A stretch of 64,000 nt of DNA from an uncultured Bacteroides sp. GTDB lineage: Bacteria > Bacillota > Clostridia > Lachnospirales > Lachnospiraceae. Shown in pieces: positions 56,610-64,000 of this stretch. The stretch lies in assembly GCA_964563955.1 (NCBI GenBank), contig CAZLZH010000002.1, forward strand, positions 12,517 through 76,516, read 5' to 3'. Position numbers and translations under genes: made by a program. Position 1 is the stretch's first letter, and every line of letters starts with the position of its first letter. The notes beneath the pieces are model-generated. The model was not told the origin of the DNA. It did not search any database and saw nothing but the letters and a program-made list of their open reading frames with translations.

Positions 56610-56717
56610 CGTAGTCCCCTCATGTACGATTTTTTACTTAAATGATAGCATAAAGTATATCATTTATTTGATATGCCCGCAATCCTAAACAGAAACAGCA
56701 GATTCTTTGATACAGCA

Positions 56718-57665
56718 TTATTCCAAAACAGAAACCCGTGCGTAAATAATCGCGCGCAATCGTTCTTTCAGCTCCGGCGGTAATAACGAATTTTCACACA
56801 TCGTAATCCATTTCGGAGTGAATGATACAAGGTTTTGGATAAGCCTTTCAGCCGTTGCTCTTGTGATTCCGCACTTGTCCGCAAAGATCAGAAAATCTTT
56901 TTTTCGGATGTTCATCTTCTTGCCGTTCATCGGCAAAGCAAACTGCTCTTTATCTGCCGGCATGTTGGCATTTACAGGAAGCAGATCATATGCAGGCGAC
57001 AACACATATTCTCCCGAGCCTTCTGCGGTTTCAATCATTGAAAAGTTCTTCAAATGCATATCGGAATTACCCACGATAAATGAAAATACCAAACGGACAA
57101 AAAGCTCTGCCATATCAATTCCTATGCGTGAAGAATATCGACGGATAAGCTTCGCGCAACGCTCATAAGAACCTCGGTATTTATCCTCCGTAAGCCTCAA
57201 ATCAAGCTGACAAAAATCTTCCATCGCAAGCATTTGAACATTGTCTTTTTCAAATTTACGGTCAACTCGTTTTGTGATATAAGCAAGTCCTGTACTCCCT
57301 TTAATCAGTGCATGAGGAACCGTTGAAATACCGGTTATATCCGCCATTGACATCACAAGCTGTTCCGATTCGGGAAGTGCCTCAAACTCTGCAACCTGCG
57401 GTTTCAGAATGTAACCTGTCGGATAGTTTACAAGCGTCAGTCTCGGCTTGCCACTATTGCTTACAAGATGCAATGACAGCTTCTTTTGAACGCCCGGCAC
57501 CGTAAAGCCCTTATTGGTCGTTTCTGTCGCTAAAAGTGCCAGAGCCTTATCATCTATCTCAATTTCAGGAAGCTTGGTCGTACCGAAAAACCGTTTTATG
57601 CAGCTTTTATGCCAACCGGATTCATCAGGTGTACGAATAGGCTTTCCGCAGCATAAACAGTTCAT
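56718..57665 (-). CDS. hipA: HipA-family toxin kinase (HipT-like)
   Basis: Gly-rich loop TVPGVQKK, YILKP, MEDFCQL, GNSDMHLKNFS, SPAYDL. Confidence 0.92.
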   Translation of the reverse strand: MNCLCCGKPIRTPDESGWHKSCIKRFFGTTKLPEIEIDDKALALLATETTNKGFTVPGVQKKLSLHLVSNSGKPRLTLVNYPTGYILKPQVAEFEALPESEQLVMSMADITGISTVPHALIKGSTGLAYITKRVDRKFEKDNVQMLAMEDFCQLDLRLTEDKYRGSYERCAKLIRRYSSRIGIDMAELFVRLVFSFIVGNSDMHLKNFSMIETAEGSGEYVLSPAYDLLPVNANMPADKEQFALPMNGKKMNIRKKDFLIFADKCGITRATAERLIQNLVSFTPKWITMCENSLLPPELKERLRAIIYARVSVLE

Positions 57666-57991
57666 ACCCGTTCCTCCCTTATCGATACATTTCCAATTCC
57701 ATCTTTACAGGCGACAAGCAAAATTCCAAAACGATCACGACTATCTAATTTCCAGTTATCGGTAACTACTTTAAGAAGCCAGCCCTCCGGAATCAGACCA
57801 TCAAAAAATGGAAATAATGTTTTTGATGTATATGCCTCTTCCTGCAAGGGTAACGTAAGCGAAATTGCCAATGCCTCATCACTTTGCAGGTATTCCATAT
57901 CATATTGTAGCAAATAACCTTCGTCGGTTTCTTCAAGAACTCCGGCAAAAATATTTCTCACATAAACATATGCCCTTCTAAAAACGCTCAT
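57662..57991 (-). CDS. HipA N-terminal (couple_hipA) protein, HipS-like antitoxin
   Basis: AGVLEET...ISLTLP...FPFFDGLIPEGWL; 4-bp overlaps on both sides. Confidence 0.9.
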   Translation of the reverse strand: MSVFRRAYVYVRNIFAGVLEETDEGYLLQYDMEYLQSDEALAISLTLPLQEEAYTSKTLFPFFDGLIPEGWLLKVVTDNWKLDSRDRFGILLVACKDGIGNVSIREERV

Positions 57992-58188
57992 ACATTCTTC
58001 CTTCCTGCTACCGCTTCCATATTAAACATCGCAAGCGCAATATTCACCTTATCCATACGCACAGTTTCTTTGCCCTGTTCCAGTTCTCGAACAAAGCGCA
58101 GACCAAGACCCGAACGCAAAGCAAATTCTTGTTGCGTAAGCCCTGCAGCTTTTCTGTGTTCTTTTACAAATTCTGCGATTGGGTTCAT
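57988..58188 (-). CDS. HipB-like XRE regulator
   Basis: HRKAAGLTQQEFALRSGLGLRFVRELEQGK HTH. Confidence 0.9.
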   Translation of the reverse strand: MNPIAEFVKEHRKAAGLTQQEFALRSGLGLRFVRELEQGKETVRMDKVNIALAMFNMEAVAGRKNV

Positions 58189-58223
58189 CGATATCGTCCT
58201 CCCTCTTATTCTATGCTAACATC

Positions 58224-58328
58224 AATTTATACCCTTTCGGGTTCTTTGTCAATTATTTTTAATATAATTACACCCAGACGGGTATATTTAATAAGCATAT
58301 TCTTAGGGATTACACCCTTTCGGGAGTA
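58224..58328 (-). promoter_or_regulatory. SigA promoter with three palindromic operators for the hip operon
   Basis: TTGACA-N17-TAAATT (58252-58224). Operators TATACCC-TTTC-GGGTTCT (58228), TACACCC-AGAC-GGGTATA (58269), TACACCC-TTTC-GGGAGTA (58311). Confidence 0.7.
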
Positions 58329-58345
58329 CAAAAACAGCACATCCG

Positions 58346-59182
58346 CTATTTGGATGTGCTGATTCTTTTTCCTACAACAACAAATCGTCCGCCCTCCACA
58401 TGATAGGCGCAGCAGGACAAAGTGATAAATTCATCTCCGAATTCCGCTGTGACACCGGTATCATATAAGGATAGTTGTTTGATGTTATGATACCAGTCAT
58501 CAAATTCCTCCTGCGTATCCGCCTGAAAAAAATTATAATATTTAAATACATCCTGGTCTACATAATAAACCTGAGAATAAAATACAGCAATCAATTCATA
58601 CTGCCGATGCTCATACAGACTGTCAAAGCAGATAAGGGAATGCTCCGCTCCATATGCTTCCTCCGCATACTGCATCAAATTACCAAACATCTCTCCGGAT
58701 TTCATTGTATGTCCGTGAATGATTAAATTGCTCGACGGCACAGTTCCGCCTTGATAGTCATGCTCCCGGTCGCCTACGCCGACAACCGAATCCGTGTCCA
58801 TAATCAGACAGCCGTTGCTGTTTTCATTTTTATCAAAATCTCGGTTAATGTAGTACACTTCATCATCCATTGTCTGCATAACCGGATAATCAATATTGGT
58901 GTCCTCGATTTTCAGCCACCCGATCATATCATGGTTTTTTTCATATAAAGCCTGACATTCAGGCAGAATGGAAGGTTCTCCATATTCCTCTTCACCAGAA
59001 GAGACAGAGTCCGTTTCAGACTCTGCCTCCGGTATTTCTTTTATTTCCTCCAATGCCTCCTGCTGTGCCTCCAGCTTTCTTTTATCATTCCATCTGTTCC
59101 AATAGCAGACGGCTGCCATAAAGATAGAAACCACAAACAAAGCGGCGAACAGGATAAATGCTATCTGGGATTTTTTACGCAT
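58346..59182 (-). CDS. srtB: Class B sortase
   Basis: N-terminal TM, IGWLKIEDTNIDYPVMQ, IHGH, MFGNL, ITLSCC...RFVVVG. Start at MRKK, overlapping the upstream stop. Confidence 0.9.
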   Translation of the reverse strand: MRKKSQIAFILFAALFVVSIFMAAVCYWNRWNDKRKLEAQQEALEEIKEIPEAESETDSVSSGEEEYGEPSILPECQALYEKNHDMIGWLKIEDTNIDYPVMQTMDDEVYYINRDFDKNENSNGCLIMDTDSVVGVGDREHDYQGGTVPSSNLIIHGHTMKSGEMFGNLMQYAEEAYGAEHSLICFDSLYEHRQYELIAVFYSQVYYVDQDVFKYYNFFQADTQEEFDDWYHNIKQLSLYDTGVTAEFGDEFITLSCCAYHVEGGRFVVVGKRISTSK

Positions 59183-60182
59183 TATTTTTCTTCCTTCTGA
59201 AGCCGTAAACACATACCATGCCTGCAAGACCACACATACTCAAAACAATCCAAAGCTCTGCTGTATCTGCCTCTCCGGTTGCCGGTACATTATCCTTTTG
59301 TGACGGTGTCTTCGGCGCCTCGGTTGTCTGCACGGTGCCCGGCTGGCTTGCCGGCGCGGCTGCAATCGTAACATTCGTTGATGCCTCGCCATCTGTAAAC
59401 ACGATTGTAATGCTGTGTGTTCCCTGTGACAGCGTCAACAGATATTCCTTTGTAAATGTTACAATCGTGCTTCCTGAGGTTGCTGTGTAATTCGAAGCAT
59501 CTACCGTTGCTCCGTCCACCTTTACGCTCTGGAACTTTTCAAGAGCCCCGTTTGCTCTTACTGCAAGTCCATCTGCGCTGTCCACAGTCCATGTGCTGTT
59601 AATACCCTCTACAACCGTATAAGGAACGGCTTCCGTTGCCACAAATTCAATCAGAATATAATCCGAAAGACTATTTACGGAGCTGTAAGGAATCGTAACC
59701 GTATTTTCCGTATAGGACGCTACTGCTGTAAACGGTGTCGCGGAAGAATCATCCATCTTATAAAGCGAATATCTCGCCGAGGAAGCATCGCATCCTGCAG
59801 GAATCGAAACCGTCAGCTTTCCTGCAATCGGCTCCTCCGACAGATTGTTTGTCAGATTTACCTTACAAAACCGGCTATAGCCTTCCTCCAATGTATAGGT
59901 TCTCTCGTATTCCCCTATGTAATCCATCAAAATTCCGGTAAATCCGCCCATTGTGTTCGTATCCAATACAGCATTTGGATCATCCGCCGTAAATGATGCG
60001 CTCAGTACCGTCTGGTCAAGATACACATAATCCATGCCGCCTTCACATTCCGTATACTCACAGACTCTGACCGGCAGTGCCACGGTATTTCCCTGCTCCG
60101 CGTGCACAATCGTCGGCATCATAGCCAGAAGCATGCACAGGCAGGCTGCAAAAGCAAGACAAACTTTTACTGTTCTTTTCAT
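59175..60182 (-). CDS. Cell-wall-anchored surface protein, likely sortase B substrate
   Basis: Signal peptide, X2/Ig-like module (VKVDG...NYT..SGSTIVTF..EYL..LSQGTH), sorting signal VPATG, TM and RRKK tail. Confidence 0.82.
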   Translation of the reverse strand: MKRTVKVCLAFAACLCMLLAMMPTIVHAEQGNTVALPVRVCEYTECEGGMDYVYLDQTVLSASFTADDPNAVLDTNTMGGFTGILMDYIGEYERTYTLEEGYSRFCKVNLTNNLSEEPIAGKLTVSIPAGCDASSARYSLYKMDDSSATPFTAVASYTENTVTIPYSSVNSLSDYILIEFVATEAVPYTVVEGINSTWTVDSADGLAVRANGALEKFQSVKVDGATVDASNYTATSGSTIVTFTKEYLLTLSQGTHSITIVFTDGEASTNVTIAAAPASQPGTVQTTEAPKTPSQKDNVPATGEADTAELWIVLSMCGLAGMVCVYGFRRKKNNA

Positions 60183-60257
60183 ACTCTCTGCCTCTTTCCT
60201 TTAATTTATTTCCAGATTATAACAAACAAAAATTTCTGTTTGTAGTTCACATTTGTG

Positions 60258-60542
60258 TCAATCTATGAATTTTATACTATCCTTCAGAATGATTTCCATA
60301 TATGCCTGAAACACGCCAATCCGGGATTTTGTTCCGGTTTTTTCATAGATAGACGCAATATATCGCTGCAAATTGCGTCTTGATATATACAATTTATCTG
60401 CAATTTCCTGAACACCATCCTCGGTTGTAACAAGCTCTTCAAAAACCTCCATCTCCATCGGAGTCAGACAAAATTGGTTCCCGAATATTTCCAAATACTT
60501 TTTCTTCGACAATTCCAGCAGTTGTTTTGATGTATCTCCCAT
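60258..60542 (-). CDS. Stand-alone LuxR-type helix-turn-helix protein (possibly a remnant)
   Basis: LTPMEMEVFEEL...QEIADKLYISRRNLQRYIASIYEKTG. Confidence 0.7.
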   Translation of the reverse strand: MGDTSKQLLELSKKKYLEIFGNQFCLTPMEMEVFEELVTTEDGVQEIADKLYISRRNLQRYIASIYEKTGTKSRIGVFQAYMEIILKDSIKFID

Positions 60543-60657
60543 AATCCTGTTCTCCCCTCATATATACATCCACTAAACAATTTGCGAAACTCATACATTA
60601 CAAGATATGTTGTGCAGGATATACAACTCACATATTGATTCTGTGAGTTTCGCAAGC

Positions 60658-61743
60658 CTACTGACCAATCGGTATATACAAATCCTCAATATAGATGCCG
60701 CATACCTTCTCCAGACCGATTACCTCCTCAAATTCCAACACATTCTTCTGGTAAGATTTGTCGCCGACCTGGTCATAACAGATGCTCCCTCCCTGTATGA
60801 AGCTCTCGTCCGATTCGTGACTCACAATCGTCTGTTCGCTTCCATCTATCATCTGAAATTTGATTGCAATGGTCGTATCCGACAGTCCTAATTGGTCATA
60901 TGGAAAATTCGACACGTCCGAATTTAAAGTAAGCCCAAGCGGTGTAATCTCAATATAATCCACGATTGCCGTCGTACCCAGAAACGAGAACTCCATATCC
61001 GGTGTTCCTTCAATCGAAATACTTTCGGTAACCGTTCTGTTTAACGGAAATGTAATACTCCACATTCCTTCTACAAGCAATTCCGGATTGTCTGAGTAAG
61101 GATTTCTCTCCAGGTCCTTAAAATATGCTGTTACATTCGTTCCTTCCTCCAGATCCTTGTTAAACGTGATGCTGACAACATACGTTGCCATATTCGGCTT
61201 TTGTTCACTTATCTCCAGCAGCTCGCAGGATTTTGCTCCCCCTAACAGATTATCATTATTGTAATTGTCTCCTTCACAGAAACAGAAATAATCAAACCCG
61301 ACATCCTCCGCAAATTCGATGCCCGAAGATGCCGTTATCTTTACAAGAAGATATATCGTATGGCTGTCCACAACGACCTCCTGTGACTCCATCATCAAAT
61401 CCGGCTTACTCTCCGTGTATATTTTTTCACTTTCCACGCCTGTTTCCTCTACTTCATCCTCCGATGTAAGTCCGAGAAAATCCATAATCGACTCTTTAAA
61501 TGCTTCAAAAATATTTGCATGTGCATCCAAAGAAGTGAGTGATACCAGACCAATGATACACACCAAGCAAATTGCGATGCGGACAATCCATTTTTTACTA
61601 TGACCGTTTTTTTTTGAAATGTCTTCCCGTTCTTCGATTGATTGCAGCGTACTGTCAACCTTTTCTTCATAAGATTTCGGAAGCTCCACATCTCTGATCA
61701 ATCTTTTTATCTCTCTGTCAAATTTTGCCATAATCCCCATCAC
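60658..61743 (-). CDS. Membrane anti-sigma factor (DUF4179-like)
   Basis: Short cytoplasmic N-terminus, TM, acidic extracellular domain; directly downstream of an ECF sigma. Confidence 0.75.
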   Translation of the reverse strand: MMGIMAKFDREIKRLIRDVELPKSYEEKVDSTLQSIEEREDISKKNGHSKKWIVRIAICLVCIIGLVSLTSLDAHANIFEAFKESIMDFLGLTSEDEVEETGVESEKIYTESKPDLMMESQEVVVDSHTIYLLVKITASSGIEFAEDVGFDYFCFCEGDNYNNDNLLGGAKSCELLEISEQKPNMATYVVSITFNKDLEEGTNVTAYFKDLERNPYSDNPELLVEGMWSITFPLNRTVTESISIEGTPDMEFSFLGTTAIVDYIEITPLGLTLNSDVSNFPYDQLGLSDTTIAIKFQMIDGSEQTIVSHESDESFIQGGSICYDQVGDKSYQKNVLEFEEVIGLEKVCGIYIEDLYIPIGQ

Positions 61744-61750
61744 TTCCTTC

Positions 61751-62212
61751 CTAAGCCAATGCTTTTTTTAAAAGCTCTCTGCCACGGTTCAAACGCGATT
61801 TCACGGTTCCGACCGGAATATCCAGCACACCGGAGATATCACGTATGGATAACCCATTGTAATAATACATGACAACCACCAATCGATACTCCTCGTTCAG
61901 CCCTTGAACGATTTCCCATAACTCATTATGACTATCGAAAACCGGATCCATCATGGATTCCATCTTTTCATTTCCCGGCAGTTCCAATCTTTTTTCCTTG
62001 ATTTTCAATGCCTCATTTTTTGTAATGGTTATCATCCACGTCTTAAATTTGTGCGGGTTTTTCAACTGGTCTATATGCTCATAGCCCTTTAGAATCGCAT
62101 TGCCGGCCGCATCCTCCGCATCCATTTTGTTATTCAGAATAAAATATGCGACCGTATACAGATGATCCTTATATTGGTTGATATATTCGCAATATTCTGC
62201 CCGTTTCATCAT
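61751..62212 (-). CDS. ECF RNA polymerase sigma factor
   Basis: Region 2 DAEDA...FKTWMITITKN; region 4 LSIRDISGVLDIPVGTVKSRLNRGR. Start set at MMKRAE. Confidence 0.92.
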   Translation of the reverse strand: MMKRAEYCEYINQYKDHLYTVAYFILNNKMDAEDAAGNAILKGYEHIDQLKNPHKFKTWMITITKNEALKIKEKRLELPGNEKMESMMDPVFDSHNELWEIVQGLNEEYRLVVVMYYYNGLSIRDISGVLDIPVGTVKSRLNRGRELLKKALA

Positions 62213-62267
62213 TTGTTTCCCCTTTGATAGCACTTTTTTGATCAAAAAATCCTCTCTCATATATTTA

Positions 62268-62296
62268 AGATACTTGAAACCGCAAAAAGGTTCCCA
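62268..62296 (-). promoter_or_regulatory. Possible ECF autoregulatory promoter
   Basis: GGGAACCTTTTT...AGTAT loosely resembles SigW/SigV-type GAAAC-N16-CGTA. Confidence 0.3.
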
Positions 62297-62336
62297 TCTT
62301 TTTATATTTTGCCGGCAAAATCATCTCTGTATATAC

Positions 62337-62369
62337 AAAAAGCGTGCAAACAGAATCAATTTGCACGCT
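62337..62369 (-). terminator. Intrinsic terminator after the Nudix gene
   Basis: AGCGTGCAAA-loop-TTTGCACGCT followed by TTTT on the minus strand. Confidence 0.75.
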
Positions 62370-62383
62370 CTCCCATAATTTCT

Positions 62384-62851
62384 CTAATAAAAATGCAGGG
62401 ATTTTTCTACCAAGGTATCTCCCTCATATACAAGCCGCAGAGTAAAGAATCGCTGCTCATTCTCTTTAATCAATAAATTCAAAAAGATGGCATCCCCCTC
62501 CCATGTCGGAAGCTCCGGCACGCGCACTTTTTCTACCCACTGCAAGTCTCCCTCCGTACATGGAATCAATTCTCCCGTAAAGCCATCGGCAGTAAAAAGA
62601 CACATAAGCTCCGGTTCTTCCACTTTATCACTGATAAATGTCACAAGCCCCCGAAACCTATAGGACGTAAGCGTAAGCCCCGTCTCCTCCTTCACCTCGC
62701 GGAGCAGACACATTTCTGCATCCTCAGTGCCCTCTGCATGTCCGCCGACACCAATCCATTTGTCCTTATTGATATCCCGCTTTTTCTTCGTGCGGTGCAG
62801 CATCAGATATTTTCCATCTTTTTCTATATAACATAATGTTGTAAGCTTCAT
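62384..62851 (-). CDS. Nudix hydrolase (MutX/8-oxo-dGTPase-like)
   Basis: KWIGVGGHAEGTEDAEMCLLREVKEETGL Nudix box. Confidence 0.9.
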   Translation of the reverse strand: MKLTTLCYIEKDGKYLMLHRTKKKRDINKDKWIGVGGHAEGTEDAEMCLLREVKEETGLTLTSYRFRGLVTFISDKVEEPELMCLFTADGFTGELIPCTEGDLQWVEKVRVPELPTWEGDAIFLNLLIKENEQRFFTLRLVYEGDTLVEKSLHFY

Positions 62852-62887
62852 ACCTTATTTTTTTACCTCTGGCTCTGCGATAGCTCT

Positions 62888-64000
62888 TTAACGATTTTCC
62901 ATTTTGTTTTGGTACATTTTCTTATCTGAATTTTGATAAATCTGCCATAACGAACAATCCGGATTATCGTTTGATGAGCAAAATCCGTAAGCCGCAGATA
63001 TCTGATACATGCGGCCTTCTTTTCTATTTAACTTATCTATTTTTTCCATCAAACTTGTAATGGTCGACTCGACATAAGCCTTGTCCGTATTGTCCAAAAT
63101 AGCAACAAACTCATCGCCGCCCATACGACCGATAAATCCGTCTTCTTCGTAATTTTCCTGCAGGATTTGTGCAAATTCAATCAAAAGCTTATCCCCTACA
63201 CTATGTCCAAACACATCATTTACCTGTTTAAAATGATTTAAGTCAAAATTAATAATCGTTGTATCCTTCTTTGCGCTCTCACGCTCCTGAAACATCTTTT
63301 CGCACATGGCGCGGTTTCCCACCTTCGTGAGTGCATCCGTATATGCAATCTGAATCAGCGACTGTTTTTCCGCATTTTCATAAAATACCAGAATCAGACG
63401 ATGAATGTAGCTTGCAAGCATAAATAGAATAAAAAACAGCACCCCGATTGGCAATATACTGCTCGACAAATCAATATTCTTTGGGTGGGCATATTTATTC
63501 ACACAAAATCTTAGAATATCTGCAAATAAAAACAGCAGCAAGACGCCCAGCGCATATAAAATAATCTGACCCGATTTTCTGTCCTGTTGTTTCCTGAATA
63601 CAATATTCGAAATACATATCAGAACAATCGCACCCCCTCCCAATATATGGAAAACAGGCAATACCTTAGGCAGATGATATATCGTGAATCGTTCTAAAAT
63701 GATTGAAGCAATGAAAAAAACAATCAACATCGGAATCAATACAGACACCACTTTTTTCGCCTTTTTATTATCCTCGATATCATATATAAATAAGAGCAGC
63801 GGAATCGGTGCAAAATACAAAGATACATACTCCATGCGGCACACAGTTCGTATGTTTTGGAACACGAGCTGCAAAATGCCGATGGTGCAGAGTATCCAAA
63901 GCGAAAAAGAGATAGAGAAAATGGAAATCCAAAGCAAAATCCGGGTTTCTCTATCCAGCTTCTCCAGGAATACTATGACACCCAATAATAAAATGCCAAT
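62888..64000 (-). CDS. Multi-pass membrane diguanylate cyclase (5' end outside the window)
   Basis: The frame stays open beyond the track's TTG at 63985 to the window edge; multiple TMs, DALTKVGNR, DLNHFKQVND, RMGGDEF. Confidence 0.88.
   Translation of the reverse strand: MGILLLGVIVFLEKLDRETRILLWISIFSISFSLWILCTIGILQLVFQNIRTVCRMEYVSLYFAPIPLLLFIYDIEDNKKAKKVVSVLIPMLIVFFIASIILERFTIYHLPKVLPVFHILGGGAIVLICISNIVFRKQQDRKSGQIILYALGVLLLFLFADILRFCVNKYAHPKNIDLSSSILPIGVLFFILFMLASYIHRLILVFYENAEKQSLIQIAYTDALTKVGNRAMCEKMFQERESAKKDTTIINFDLNHFKQVNDVFGHSVGDKLLIEFAQILQENYEEDGFIGRMGGDEFVAILDNTDKAYVESTITSLMEKIDKLNRKEGRMYQISAAYGFCSSNDNPDCSLWQIYQNSDKKMYQNKMENR

Noticed and set aside
61607-61615. A9 homopolymer in the anti-sigma gene as a phase-variation tract
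   Set aside because: Short, in frame and expected by chance in Lys-rich sequence; no evidence of slippage from one sequence.

Overview
Chromosomal window from a motile Firmicute, most likely Lachnospiraceae (inferred from flagellin style and gene order). Almost all genes lie on the minus strand. (1) Bases 1-21.5 kb: late-flagellar region. In transcription order it holds mbl-flgF-flgG-flgJ-recD2-comF-yvyF, then flgM-flgN-flgK-flgK-flgL-fliW-csrA, then flaG-fliD-fliS-flgN/fliT-like, then flagellin and a Maf-type glycosylation locus running off the left edge. Several sigma-28-like promoters and a CsrA-type hairpin are visible. (2) 21.5-34.3 kb: housekeeping block with an output-less PAS/PocR/GAF sensor, a DivIVA-like protein with Cys every 11 residues, metG, murA, pyrI/pyrB split by a 150-bp nested inverted-repeat element, an atypical ornithine-carbamoyltransferase-like gene and metK behind a SAM-I riboswitch. 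(3) 34.3-39.4 kb: second flagellar mini-locus (large FliK-like protein, longer divergent flagellin, divergent FliS). (4) 42.1-56.6 kb: phospho-signalling island. It contains a 7-gene operon with 2 Ser/Thr kinases, 2 PP2C phosphatases and 4 FHA domains, including a PrsW protease-FHA fusion and a probable pseudo-trypsin-FHA protein, plus a separate PocR-GGDEF/HTH/kinase-LRR unit. This island is the best candidate for an undescribed system. (5) 56.7-64 kb: HipBST-type toxin-antitoxin with three palindromic operators, sortase B plus substrate, ECF sigma/anti-sigma, Nudix and a truncated membrane GGDEF. No rRNA, tRNA, CRISPR array or transposase was seen. Domain names come from motif recognition by eye, not from database searches.
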